Below, in pieces: positions 9,846-21,500 of a stretch of DNA of 64,000 nucleotides. The notes under the pieces were generated by a model that ran no database searches, was not told the DNA's origin, and saw only the letters and a list, made by a program, of their open reading frames with translations. Position 1 is the first letter of the stretch, and every line of letters starts with the position of its first letter. Both the position numbers and the translations under genes were made by a program. Source of the stretch: a virus; the IMG/VR virus record IMGVR_UViG_3300021498_000001, positions 1-64,000 of that record, one strand, 5' to 3'.

Positions 9846-10619
9846 TTACACTAAGTTCTCAAATAACTCACACCAAACAGCAGGATCGATTATCAAAGGC
9901 TTGTTGTTTTCTCTTAAAGGAAAAAGATTTGTAAGTTGTGCTAATGTTATCGCTTTGGGTTGGAGTTCCCTATCCATCTTGTTTATCTGGTCTTTATCTT
10001 TGCATAGAATCCAACAATCTTTATTCTTTGCTGCTGACAGCATAAATTGAAAATGTGATTCTATTCCTGTAACTTTATAATACTCACATATTTCCTTAAA
10101 TGCAGTGTAATAGGCTCTCAAATACTTGCCTTCTCTGTTTATGCGGTCTTGTTCTTCTTTCAGCACCTTAGTAGAATGCATCCAAATATCGACTGCCTTA
10201 ATATAATCTCTTGCAACATTTCGCTTTGTCTTATCGGGGCAATTGCCTTCCCATGTTCTAATTAAATTCTTAATTGCTATTTCCACTTCCATGTTGAAAT
10301 TATTCCAGCAATACATCAGTGACAAGGCATATTCGTAAAAATCATCCCAGCATTGAGTTGCTTCATTCATTGCTGCTATCACGATATCTTCTTTCTGATA
10401 ATAGTGAAATTTGTACCAACGATGTTCATTCTCAATTGGGTCTTTACCTCGTAGAGGGACTTGAAAGGCTGCAGAAATATGGCTTGGTTTGCCAAAATAT
10501 TTATCGAATCTTCTTAACGCTTCACAATAATACAATGCTACATGCTCTTTTTGTTTACACTCATCAAAAATTTCTATCCAAGACTTATCTTTATTTTTCT
10601 TCTCCAATTGCTCCTCCAT
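9846..10619 (-). CDS. hypothetical protein, diverged member of the WIE/ALR/PLRG family
   Basis: SWIEIF...EALR...VPLRG...YIKAVDIW resembles 10591..11076. Confidence 0.7.
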   Translation of the reverse strand: MEEQLEKKNKDKSWIEIFDECKQKEHVALYYCEALRRFDKYFGKPSHISAAFQVPLRGKDPIENEHRWYKFHYYQKEDIVIAAMNEATQCWDDFYEYALSLMYCWNNFNMEVEIAIKNLIRTWEGNCPDKTKRNVARDYIKAVDIWMHSTKVLKEEQDRINREGKYLRAYYTAFKEICEYYKVTGIESHFQFMLSAAKNKDCWILCKDKDQINKMDRELQPKAITLAQLTNLFPLRENNKPLIIDPAVWCELFENLV

Positions 10620-11076
10620 ATTCCTGATTGATTACTCTTTCACTGTTCAACCATTCATCTACATATTCCTTATATTTGCAAGCCAGTGCTTTTGCTCGGT
10701 CTTCTTGTTCATCTAATATTGTTCCCATTAATTCACTGAGAATATCTGCAACCTTTGGATTTAAGAAACTCCATGCAAACCTAACATATTCTAAATAATG
10801 TAAATATTTATATTTATTATTTGTGTCACTTAGATAAATGAATACTGATTCTATGTCTTTCAATGATAAGCGCTTATATTCCTTTACATCTATGAATATT
10901 TCATTTCTAACTCTCAATGGACATGTAAATATTGTCTCAAGACGTCTATCATTCATAGTGATGGATTCCATAATATCAGGTCCTCTCAAAGCTGAGGCAT
11001 AAGCCCAAAGTGCCTCTTTACTATGATTTCTACATATTTCCATGACTTCTATCCAAGGTTTATCCTGATTTTTCAT
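10591..11076 (-). CDS. hypothetical protein (three-member paralogue family)
   Basis: 161 aa, AGGAGG RBS. Confidence 0.75.
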   Translation of the reverse strand: MKNQDKPWIEVMEICRNHSKEALWAYASALRGPDIMESITMNDRRLETIFTCPLRVRNEIFIDVKEYKRLSLKDIESVFIYLSDTNNKYKYLHYLEYVRFAWSFLNPKVADILSELMGTILDEQEDRAKALACKYKEYVDEWLNSERVINQEYGGAIGEEK

Positions 11077-11092
11077 TGAAGCCTCCTACTGA

Positions 11093-11566
11093 TTATTGCA
11101 ATATCTTCTTTGTCTTTGTCTCCATTTGTATCATTTGCTCGAGCATTGCAACTTTTTGAGCCAACTTAGCAGTAGCCTCGCTTAGGTTAGATAACAAATC
11201 ACATATCTTAGAAACATCCTTAGCTAGATTTGCTGTTTGCCTTTCTGCAATATTCACTCTGCTCTTAGTTAATGTTTCCTTCAAAAATGATTCAGCCATT
11301 CTGCATCCAGCCTTATCCTCTTTTAAAATCAACTTTATTGCCTCATGTCTTGTAAATCCTTGCTTTGTTAAGTGCTTAAACATTTCACTGTACAACTTGG
11401 CTCTTTTCTCAGATAGATTTGTCAAACCATCTAAAATTGAATCTGTCACTGTGTAAGCAATATCTTTGAGCAACTGCCATGTTTCATTGACTAGTTTCCT
11501 TATCTCTGGGTTATTTCTCAATTGCTCCAATGCTATTGTTGCTTCATTAAGGTCATCAAATTTCAT
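11093..11566 (-). CDS. coiled-coil hypothetical protein
   Basis: 157 aa, AGGAGG RBS. Confidence 0.7.
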   Translation of the reverse strand: MKFDDLNEATIALEQLRNNPEIRKLVNETWQLLKDIAYTVTDSILDGLTNLSEKRAKLYSEMFKHLTKQGFTRHEAIKLILKEDKAGCRMAESFLKETLTKSRVNIAERQTANLAKDVSKICDLLSNLSEATAKLAQKVAMLEQMIQMETKTKKILQ

Positions 11567-11575
11567 TTTGCCTCC

Positions 11576-11761
11576 TTATTGATTTGCACTTGATATAAAA
11601 TTACTGCTTTCGTCCTTCCAAAGTTGAATTGCTATATCCAAGGCTCCTTTCATTTGAGAAGGAGTGTAATTAAATTCTTTCATTAGCTCATAAAGCCTGT
11701 AAGCTAAGTCACTAATTTCTGGACTTGCCATAAATGCATAGAAATGGAGGAAGTTATCCAT
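11576..11761 (-). CDS. hypothetical protein
   Basis: 61 aa, first gene after the leftward promoter. Confidence 0.6.
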   Translation of the reverse strand: MDNFLHFYAFMASPEISDLAYRLYELMKEFNYTPSQMKGALDIAIQLWKDESSNFISSANQ

Positions 11762-11770
11762 CTTAATTGT

Positions 11771-11799
11771 AAGATACTATATTAAGATTAACCTGTCAA
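11771..11799 (-). promoter_or_regulatory. leftward sigma70-type promoter
   Basis: minus strand TTGACA-17-TATCTT. Confidence 0.65.
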
Positions 11800-11824
11800 G
11801 TCAAATCAATTCTGTAAGCTAGTC

Positions 11825-11853
11825 TTGACTTTTCAAGCCTTCTATGTTACATT
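11825..11853 (+). promoter_or_regulatory. rightward promoter for the packaging/head operon
   Basis: TTGACT-17-TACATT, ending 6 nt before ATG 11860. Confidence 0.6.
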
Positions 11854-11859
11854 TAAGAC

Positions 11860-12108
11860 ATGCCAAAGAATGTTAGACAGTCCAAAACAAGCAAAGCCAG
11901 AAGCCAGACCACTCAATCTAAGACTGAATTGAAAACTCAAACTCAGTCTAAAGCTGTCAAACCTAAAAAGAAGCCTATCAAGACTCTGAGTGACGCACTA
12001 ATCCATATAAATGTTGCAGGCTCTAATGTTCGCAGTGTGCATGAGTTTGAAGACAAATTCGTGATTGACCTAAAGACTGGCGAAAGGCTTGTTGTAAAGA
12101 AAAGCTAA
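11860..12108 (+). CDS. Lys-rich hypothetical protein upstream of terminase
   Basis: 82 aa; stop overlaps terL start. Confidence 0.65.
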   Translation: MPKNVRQSKTSKARSQTTQSKTELKTQTQSKAVKPKKKPIKTLSDALIHINVAGSNVRSVHEFEDKFVIDLKTGERLVVKKS

Positions 12109-13673
12109 TGCTACTTGAAAGTTCTGGCAACAAGCAATTAGTTGCTTCATTGTGTAAAGTCTTCCAAAAAGACCCTTTAGTATTCCCAGAAAAAGTCCTA
12201 GGCGTTACTCTTTGGGATAAGCAAAAAGAAATAATTAGAGCAGTATTTGAGAATGAAAGAGTAGCTGTACCTGCATGCAATCATGCAAGCAAGACTCATA
12301 CTGCTGCATGTCTGGCTCTTGCATTCTTATTTACATATTATCCTTCCAAGGTTATTACTACCTCTGCATTCAAAGAGCAAGTCAAGGATGCTTTGTGGAG
12401 TGAAATCAAGTCAAGGATAAAATATTCTATTGTCCCTTTGGTAGAAGATAAATACGTTACATCAATGGGTCTTTATTTAGGCCCAGATTGGTATGCTATA
12501 GGTTTAAGACCTCAGGATAATTCACAAGAGGCATTTCAAGGGAGGCATAGTGAGAATATTTTGATAGAATTTGATGAAAGTAGTGGGATTAGTGAAAATA
12601 TCTGGGAAGCAGCCGAAGGATTAATGACTTCTACTAACTGTCACTGGGTAGCTCTTGGAAACCCATTCGATCCTCTATCTCCTTTTGGCGAGGCATGTCA
12701 CAGCGATGATTGGGTAACCATACACATCTCTGCTTATGATACTCCCAATGTCAAAGCAGGTAAAAATATCTATCCAAAACTAATGCCTTGGGACTGGCCC
12801 GAAAAGAAAAAAAGACAATGGGGCGAAGATAGTGCAATATATCAAGTCAGGGTTTTGGGCAGATTCCCAGACAAACAAGAAGAGAGACTTATACCCTTTT
12901 CTCTTGCCAAACAAACTGTGGAGAGAAAGTATGAGAGAAATTCAAGTGAGCCTTTAATAATAGGTCTTGATCCTTCTGGTTTGGGAAGGGATAAGACTGT
13001 TTGGGTTATGAGGCAAGGACTTTCTATTGTTGCAATTAAATGGGTCTTGAGTGCTACAGATGAAGCAATAGGAAGGAAGACCTTGGATTATGCAAGAATT
13101 TACAAAAGCTCTGATAATCCTACAGTCATAAATATAGATGCTGGATGGGGCAAAGGGATATATGAATATTTGAAAAAGCATGCAGATCCAGAGAAAGTCA
13201 AGGTCAATGCTGTATATCTTTCTTCTCAAGCTCAAGAGAAAGAAGAGTTTTATAATCTAAGGACAGAAGCTGCTTTTAGACTTAGAGAGTCAATAGAAAA
13301 AGGCTTATGTTTGTCTCCTTCTGCAAGAGTTGTTAAAGATATGTGGCTTGAGGATATAACTGCTCCTAATTTTGAAGAGGATGCTAAGAGTGGCAAAAAG
13401 AAATTAGAAAGTAAGAAGCATTTAAAGAAGAGATTGGGCCGTTCTCCAGACTTTCTAGATGCTACATTGCTTACATTTGTCTCGGATTATCGTGTTGCTC
13501 CAATTATGGTCTCTGCTACTCATTTTGAGCTAGAAAACAAGACTCAAGAGCAAGAGCGAAGCGAGGGTTCAATCTATTCTGTTTTCCCCTCCGCTGTGCG
13601 GCAATTTAAGGTTATAAGAAGAGCGCCTCTATTCTATTTTAGGCGAAATATACGCAGTTCATTTGGAGGATAG
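12108..13673 (+). CDS. terL: terminase large subunit
   Basis: LWDKQ adenine-binding motif, variant Walker A (ACNHASKT), Walker B LIEFDES, coupling motif LGNP, nuclease IGLDP and SPDFLDA. Confidence 0.92.
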   Translation: MLLESSGNKQLVASLCKVFQKDPLVFPEKVLGVTLWDKQKEIIRAVFENERVAVPACNHASKTHTAACLALAFLFTYYPSKVITTSAFKEQVKDALWSEIKSRIKYSIVPLVEDKYVTSMGLYLGPDWYAIGLRPQDNSQEAFQGRHSENILIEFDESSGISENIWEAAEGLMTSTNCHWVALGNPFDPLSPFGEACHSDDWVTIHISAYDTPNVKAGKNIYPKLMPWDWPEKKKRQWGEDSAIYQVRVLGRFPDKQEERLIPFSLAKQTVERKYERNSSEPLIIGLDPSGLGRDKTVWVMRQGLSIVAIKWVLSATDEAIGRKTLDYARIYKSSDNPTVINIDAGWGKGIYEYLKKHADPEKVKVNAVYLSSQAQEKEEFYNLRTEAAFRLRESIEKGLCLSPSARVVKDMWLEDITAPNFEEDAKSGKKKLESKKHLKKRLGRSPDFLDATLLTFVSDYRVAPIMVSATHFELENKTQEQERSEGSIYSVFPSAVRQFKVIRRAPLFYFRRNIRSSFGG

Positions 13674-13675
13674 AG

Positions 13676-13972
13676 ATGGATAATGATGAGCTTTTGAAGA
13701 CAGTTAAAGAAATGCTAGGAGAAATAATTGAGACTCATATCGGGTATATCAAGCGGGATTTACAACGCTTTGATAGAAATTTCCAAGTTTTATTCAATAA
13801 GCATGATGAGGCAATGAGGCAGATAACGGGTCTAGACTCTGCAAGAATCAATCACGAAAAGCGATTGGAAAAATTAGAAAATAAAAGTAGGTTTAATACA
13901 TTCATTTCTGGAGTATTTGGGTTTTTAGGTGGTTTGTTTTGGCAGGCCTCAAGGTGGTTTTGGAATAAATAA
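13676..13972 (+). CDS. coiled-coil protein with C-terminal membrane segment (XhlA/holin-like)
   Basis: HEKRLEKLE followed by ISGVFGFLGGLFW. Confidence 0.55.
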   Translation: MDNDELLKTVKEMLGEIIETHIGYIKRDLQRFDRNFQVLFNKHDEAMRQITGLDSARINHEKRLEKLENKSRFNTFISGVFGFLGGLFWQASRWFWNK

Positions 13973-13990
13973 GCAACAAGGAGGCAAATT

Positions 13991-14218
13991 ATGAAGAGGG
14001 CTTATTCAGAAGTGAGCCAAGAAGAATTTAAAGAATTGATGGGCGATGTGCTGCCTTCAGATGCACAGATTTATGCATTTGAGATAGTGCCAAACACATC
14101 GAGCATAAGAATTTATTTTTACAGTGACGAAGCTCCAGATGTGCCTGAAAATACTACAAGTGCATATTACTTCAGGGCAGGCAGCACAGTAGAAGTAAAG
14201 CCCAAACGAAGAAGATAA
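13991..14218 (+). CDS. hypothetical protein
   Basis: 75 aa, AGGAGG RBS. Confidence 0.65.
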   Translation: MKRAYSEVSQEEFKELMGDVLPSDAQIYAFEIVPNTSSIRIYFYSDEAPDVPENTTSAYYFRAGSTVEVKPKRRR

Positions 14219-14245
14219 TGAACAGTTAAATAGTAAGGAGAGATT

Positions 14246-15565
14246 ATGCCTTATTTCATTAAAAAATCTCCTGAAAAACCTGCACGTTTCTACGAAGCAA
14301 CTTCTACTAGACTCTCTTTGCCTGGACAAGAGGAAACCAAATCTGAGGATTGGCCTGGGTGGAGAAGATTAACAGGTGCAGCTCCTCTTAGAGAACTTAA
14401 GCCTGGAATCTTTGAAAGAATGAGTCGTATAGCCAAATGGCTGTATGACTCTAATCCTCTTGCAAAGAGAATTATTGAATATATCAAGAATTTTGTTGTA
14501 GGTGAGGGTATCTACTTTGATGCAGAGGATGCCAGAGTTAAAGAGATACTGGATGCATTTTGGTATGATGATGTTAATAATTGGCCTCTAAGACAGCATG
14601 ACAGAATCTTAGAGCTCTGTTTATATGGAGAGAGTATCTGGCCTGTCACAGTAAATCCTTCTAATGGACATGTAAGATTGGGATTTATTGACCCTTTAGA
14701 TGTAAAAGAAGTCGTGCCTAATGAGGACAATTGCTTGATTCTAGAAAAGATAGTCTTGGCAAGGCCAATTCATGGAAAGACAGAGCTGTCTATTATAAGG
14801 CGAGATGAAAATCCAAATAGCGATACTTTTGGATATCTCTCAGGTGAATGTTTCTTCTTCGCAATCAATAAAGTAAGTAATGCAACAAGAGGAGCAAGTG
14901 ACCTCTTGCCTCTAATAGATTGGATAGATGCCTACGACCAGTTTCTCTTTACAAGACTAGAGCGACAAATGAATATCAATAACTTCTGCTGGGATGTTAC
15001 ATTAGAGGGAGCAGATAAGTATGAGATAGAGCAATTTCTTAAGAATCTGCCTCCACCTACTCCAGGTACAGTAAGAGTTCACAATGAAAAGGTAACTTGG
15101 AATGTTGTTGCGCCTAAACTTGAGGCAAGAGATGCAAACCAAGAGAGCAGGCTTATAAGAAACCATATCCTAAGTGGTGCAGGTTTTCCTCCTTACTATT
15201 TTGCAGATACAGAAGGTGTGAGAGCTGTTGCTTATGAGCAGGCATTTCCTACAGAGAAAATGCTTATTACCAGACAGAAATACTTCAAAGCAATGATTGA
15301 GTATGTCTTTAACTTTGTTATAGACCAAGCCATTATTCACAAAAGACTGCCTGCAAATGTAAATCGCAAGTTTGAAATTGTATTTCCAGAAATATCTCTA
15401 AGGGATGTAGAGAGATTAAGCAGGGCACTTAAAAATGTAACTCTTTCTTTAGAGCACTTACAGCAAAATGGATTGGTTACAAATAGAGAGGCAAAAAAGA
15501 TAATAAGAAACTTGCTTAGTCAAATGGGATTGGAGTTAGAGGAGTTAAATGGAAGAAAAGGATAA
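14246..15565 (+). CDS. portal protein
   Basis: 439 aa after terL; SNPLAKRII...FVVGEG, LYGE, RGASDL portal-type motifs. Confidence 0.88.
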   Translation: MPYFIKKSPEKPARFYEATSTRLSLPGQEETKSEDWPGWRRLTGAAPLRELKPGIFERMSRIAKWLYDSNPLAKRIIEYIKNFVVGEGIYFDAEDARVKEILDAFWYDDVNNWPLRQHDRILELCLYGESIWPVTVNPSNGHVRLGFIDPLDVKEVVPNEDNCLILEKIVLARPIHGKTELSIIRRDENPNSDTFGYLSGECFFFAINKVSNATRGASDLLPLIDWIDAYDQFLFTRLERQMNINNFCWDVTLEGADKYEIEQFLKNLPPPTPGTVRVHNEKVTWNVVAPKLEARDANQESRLIRNHILSGAGFPPYYFADTEGVRAVAYEQAFPTEKMLITRQKYFKAMIEYVFNFVIDQAIIHKRLPANVNRKFEIVFPEISLRDVERLSRALKNVTLSLEHLQQNGLVTNREAKKIIRNLLSQMGLELEELNGRKG

Positions 15566-18500
15566 TTTAGATAGGCTAAGCGAGCTTCATTTAGAGCAGT
15601 TTAGAAAAGAAGGGATTGATTACGACCTTAAGAATCCTCAAACTAGATGGAAACAACTCTATGCAGACCTTCGTTACATCTTTGACTCTGGTCTGCCTAG
15701 AATTTGGAAAGGGAAAAAATGGGGAGATTGGACAGAAGAAGACTGTCTTAGATATGCAGGCAAGATTATAGATGCCTTGCGTTCAGTTTATTTTCCTTTA
15801 ATCCCACCTTCCAAGAATGACCCCAGATACAACACAAGCTACTGGAAAGCCTATCGCAAGGCAGAAGAGAAGGGATATGTCAAATCCAAGCCTCCCAAAT
15901 CAGAAGAACTACCTGAATGGGATAAAAAGCGCAAAGAGATAATCAAGACCTCTTTAGAAGAAGCAGAGAGAAAATTAGATGGACTTTATTTAACACCTCC
16001 ACATGGTGAGCTTTTCTGGACTGATGAAAAGAAGTTGCTCGTGAAAACAAAGGAGTTTGACTTATCCAAGCCTCATTATCTTATAGAAGATGGATACTGC
16101 TATGGCATTATCTCATTTAAGAAGCCTAAAGAAATAACTAAACAGCAATTCTTCTCTGAAGAGTTTAAGAAAAAACATCGCATTTTGGATACAGAAGCTT
16201 GGCAATGGTGGAGAATGACGAGGGACAATGCAGTGGAGCCTAAGCTGTATGCTTATGAGATAAAAGAATTCAAACCTTTTGATGTACCTAGAAGAGTGAG
16301 AGTGCCTAAGGGCATACAGGTTATTGTGAAGGCAGACAATATTGAATTTGTGAGTGAAGATGAAGAGAAACCTGCAAAGATTGATTGGCCTACAATGGCA
16401 GCAAAGGAGGCAAAGACTGATTTTATTAAATTCTATGGTACAAAAGGATATATAGAAGAGGAGAGTGAAAGACATAAATATCATACCTGTATTTTATTTT
16501 CTCTAAATGACACAAATATCTTGTTAGATTATGGAGAAAGGCATCCAGCAGAGATAGAAGAAAGAGTGGATGTAGTATTGAACTCGCATCGGCACGTCGA
16601 TCATATATGCCCTGAAACAGTCAACTTTGCTTGCCCTTTATATGTATCTCAGCAAACTTTAGAAAGAGTAGATTTTCCTCTGCCTGAAGACATTAGAGTC
16701 TATCGGCCCAGAGAACCTTTTAAAATCGACAATATAGAAATCACTGCCTATCCAGTTTACCACTCTATTCGTGCTCCTATGCATATCTTCAAAATCGAAA
16801 CAGACAATCTTGCCATAGGAGTAATGACTGATTTTTTGGGATTTAGAGACAAGAATGATGAGGACTCCTTTTATCCAGATTTAGACATTGTAATTATAGA
16901 TGGCAGTAGCATTACAAGAGATTTAAGGCGATGGAGAGAAGAGCATGACGAGCCTTTTGGACATGAGAGTGTAATACACCAGATAGAAAGGATTAGAGAT
17001 AAGTGTGAGAAAAATCCTGTAATAATCCTCACTCATATAGGCAATGAAGGACTTGAGCTAGGTGATGAGAGAATTCTAGAGTTATTGTCAGAGCAATTTC
17101 CTAATATGAGGATATATGTTGCCAAAGATGGCAGTATATTTGATTTGAAGACAAAGCGATTTACAGAAGCATTCAAAGGAGAACAAATCTGCAAAGATAT
17201 AGTTGCAAACTTGCCTTCCTTTACATGGATACCTGAATTTGTAAGCATAACAGGCTCTACCTTATTTACAAAAGACCATGCGCCTAGAGATTTAGATGTG
17301 ATGTGCAAGGCAGAAGAAATAAATGGAAAGTGGTATATACCTGTGGATACTTCTTTATTACTTAAACTGCAACGAGCGTATCAATATGCAACAAAGAAAG
17401 TATTAGGTAAGGCAATTAAAGCTGACTTTCCTCCTCCCTCGTTGATAGGCCCAAATTGGTGTGTTGATGATAAAACTGAGATTTTAACCAAGGATAGAGG
17501 TTGGGTATTATTCAAAGACTTAAAGGAATCAGACTTAGTAGCTACAGTATCAAAGGACGACTATTTAGAATTTCAGAAACCAATAAGATATTTCTCTAAT
17601 TTCTATAAAGGAAAAATGATTCATATCAAGAATAAGAATATAGATTTATTGGTCACTCCAGAACATAAGGTTATCTATTATCCATGTTTCACGAGAAATA
17701 AAAAACGAATCATATCTGAAGAATGGCAGATGATAGAAGCTCAGAAACTCCTTGAAATGAAAGGAAGAATTTATTTGAAACTAGGATGCAAATGGAAAGG
17801 TGATGGTGATTCAATATTTTGGATTCCACCCTGTATTGGATACAACATGAAGTTAGAACCGCCAGTACCAATTGATATGGAAGATTTTGCTATGTTTATG
17901 GGATGGTATTTATCTGAAGGAAGTGTTCACATTACACCAAAACAAGTTTACTCCGTCTGTATTGCACAATATGAAGACTCTCCTAAGTTTCAAGAATTAA
18001 AGGAATTACTATCTCGCTTGCCATTTGACTTTAAAGAAGTAAGAGGGAACCAAGACAATCCAGAAAAGATTACTGGATTTTGTTGCAAATCGAAACAGTT
18101 AGCTTTATATCTTAAACAATTTGGTAAATGTTATGATAAGTTTATTCCTAATGAAATTAAGAATCAAAAACCAGAAATACTGAAAAGATTTTTAGAATGT
18201 TATTTCTATGGCGATGGACATTTGAGAAAAAGAGCAAAAGGACTGTATGTTGCTAAAACTGTATCTGAACGCTTAGCTGGTGACCTGCAAGAAATTGGCT
18301 TGAAGCTAGGAATTAGAGTCTCCTATAATAAGGAAGGAAATGGAAAACGAAGAAGAATCTACATTGGTAATTTCACTCTTGAATCTAAGTGGAAAAGCAA
18401 AATGAGGCAATTATGTCGTGTTTGTCTTGAGCTTGGACATGTAAAGGAAGTACCATATGAAGGAATGATATATGCAGTTGAAGTGCCTAATGGTATTGTT

Positions 18501-21500
18501 ATTGTTAGGAGAAACTTTAGATTTTGTGTGACTGGTAACTCTTCCATTCCTGCCTACGATTTAAAACTTGTCCCCAGAAAAAATCCAGAAGTAAGAAGGA
18601 CAGGAGAAGAAGAGTTTGAAGAGAAGGTTTATGGAGTGGATTTTAAAGAAAAGCTACGCCTTCGCACCAAATCCAAAGATATTGAAAAAATGGCTCAACA
18701 GTCCCTAGAAGAAGATAAAGTTAAACCTCTTCGCTTCTTTATGCCTCTCAAACCTATAAGAGTGCAGGGCAAACATGGAGAAAGGAATACGCCTGAAAGA
18801 TTGGTAGAGCTATTTGAGCCTCAGCATTATCCTGTATATAACTCAGTCAAGAGGGATGGTTTCAGGGCCATCCTAATGTACGATGGAAATAAGGTTGTCA
18901 TTTACTCAGAAGATGGCAATGACATTACAGACCAATTGCCTACAATTGTAGAAGCAATCAAAAAACTCAAGGTTAAATCAGTCATTCTGGATGCTGAGAT
19001 TGAACTCTGGGAAAATGGACAGCATCATCCAAGAGAGGCAGCAATTGCTAAAATTCACTCCAAAGCAATAGAAGATGAGAATTTGATTGCCAATATTTTT
19101 GACTGTGTCTATCTAAATGGCCAAGACTTACACAAAGAACCTTTTGAAAAGAGATGGAAGGCATTAAATTCTATTGGCATTAAATATTCAAAGGAGACCA
19201 GCCTAGACCCAAAGCAGAAACTCAATATCATACCTCATATCCCATGCAATACACCCAAAGAGCTTCTTAAAGAGACAGAACGAATGAGAAGAGTGAAATC
19301 GAGTGAAGGATGTGTGGCCATTGCACACAATGCTGTATATCCTTTGGATGGAAAGCCAGAAGGTAACTCTTTCTGTAAGTTTCATAATAATGTGGTTGTG
19401 AGAGGGATAGTAGTACAACCAGTCGAAACACGAACCAGCGGCGTATTTAATTTGACCTGGGGTTGTTTAGCAGAAGGCCACGAAATCTTAAAGAAAGACC
19501 AGACAGAAGTAGGGCCTTATGAAAAGGTCTTAGTTATAGGCAGCACTTTTGCAGCACCTTATGTAAAAAGAGGAGCTGTTATTGAGGTTGAGTGTGAGAC
19601 AATCAATCATATCATCCATGAAGATATAGAAGGCAAACCTATAGAGATTACAGCTTGGGCACCCAGATTTATGCGAGTGGTACCTGGAGCAAAGCCAGAC
19701 AGCATAGATGATATTTTAAGAAAAGCAAGGAAAGAAAATCATGTTTTGCAGATTAAAATAGTTAAACCTGATGGCACAGTAGAGTACAGAGAGTCAAAGA
19801 AAGAACTCCTTTGCTTTCTTACAGAAGAACCTACTTTAGAGAGTCAGATAAGCGATAGATTTGGCGCAGCCAAATATGCTGTGTTCTTTGAACCTGCTAC
19901 TTATCACTTTGAAGCAGTAGATTTGTCTAATTTTAGAACAGGTGTAGAGATTGCAGATTTAATAAAGCAGCATCAGGCAACTAAAGTCATTACAAATCAA
20001 ATAGGAAGATTTAGCAGAGACGAATTAGAAAAAGCTGGCATTGAGATTGATTTTGCAGAGGGAAGGGTGAGTGATTATTTGAAAAAGGAGCTGGGAGAGA
20101 GTCCTTTGGTAAAGGAGGCAGAAATAAGGGAGCAGGGTGACCCATATATGCAGTATTTCGATGAGGATAAAGAGCATAGAGTGTGCAACCAGAGGCATTA
20201 TAGATTTGCTCTTAAGGACATACTCAAAGAGACTGGAATGGAAGATGAATGGCCTGATGAGTGGACAGAAGAAGATTGGCGAAAAAATTGGGATTCTTGG
20301 AAAAGAAGAGTATATCCAAAATTAAGGAAATATTTTGAAACTCATCCTGAATATGAGCATAGTCCTTCAACTCATGTAGATCAAAGATATGAGACAGATA
20401 GTGGTGCATTGATTGGATGGACTATATTGGATTCACTGCCAGATAGACCTAAAGTGCCTCCTCTTTCTTTGGAGGATGCCAAAAAGTTTGATAGAGATCC
20501 TTCTAATTGGAAGATTGATTGGAACACAGGTGAATGGGCTTGGCGTGAAAAAAAAGGTGGAGCAAAGGCAAGAATTTCAATTGTAGTAAGGAAAAAGTCA
20601 CCAGAGCCCCTAGACTGGCTCACTTTTGAGGGTGAACAGCCCCCCAAATCGGTTGGTGCAACAGCTTATGGCCCTGCTATCTTTACTCACATTACTCCTT
20701 TAGGAGTAGTTGAGACGCTCAGCCAGAAAAGTTACATGCATGAATACTATCTCACATTTCCCAATTTTAAATGGCATATAGTATTTCGTCTTTTGAGGAA
20801 ACCATTTGTGCAGAAAGAATCATTTAAGGAAGCACTGAGAACACAAGATTATGAGCGTCTTTCAGAAATGGTTGAATTAGAAGAAGGCGAATCTTTAGAA
20901 GAAGGCTTGTATCTAGAAGCTAAGAGATTTATTCCAGTTTCTAAGGGCGGGTGGGGGCTGGAGGAAAGTGGATGGGTAGCTATTTATGTCACAAGAGAAC
21001 CCTATGTTATTTCAAAGCGTGCAGTACAATTGAAATGGATTCCACCTTATCCCTACAGCGCCCTCCCTCGCCATATCAAGAAACAAATCCCACCTGAATA
21101 TCACTACTGGAAAGAAAAGGATATGCAAAAGCGCATAGAGATAAGGGATGCTCTTGTTAAAGCTATCAAAGAAAAGAAAGTTGTATTGAAGGAGAGTATT
21201 GTAAGAGACTTTAAACTTGACTTTCACTGGAGCGAACCTGCTGAGTTGGTGAAGCGTCGCAGCCCCGCCCACAAACATTGGGACCTTCGAATCGATGGCG
21301 ACCTCAAAAAGAAAACAGGTTATATCTTCCACGCAGTCTTAGAACTCAATCCCTTAGAAGTTGACTCTACTTCTGCATATCTCAAGAAATGCAAAGGAGA
21401 TGAAGGCGGCATTGATTGGATGAACGTGGGCAAAGAAAAGACAGTTAAATTCACAAAGGGCCCAGGAACATTTGAAAAGAATGAGCCAGGGTACATAAGA

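Noticed and set aside
12108-13673. Inactive terminase because Walker A reads SKT rather than GKT
   Set aside because: All other ATPase and nuclease motifs are intact, so a variant P-loop is more likely
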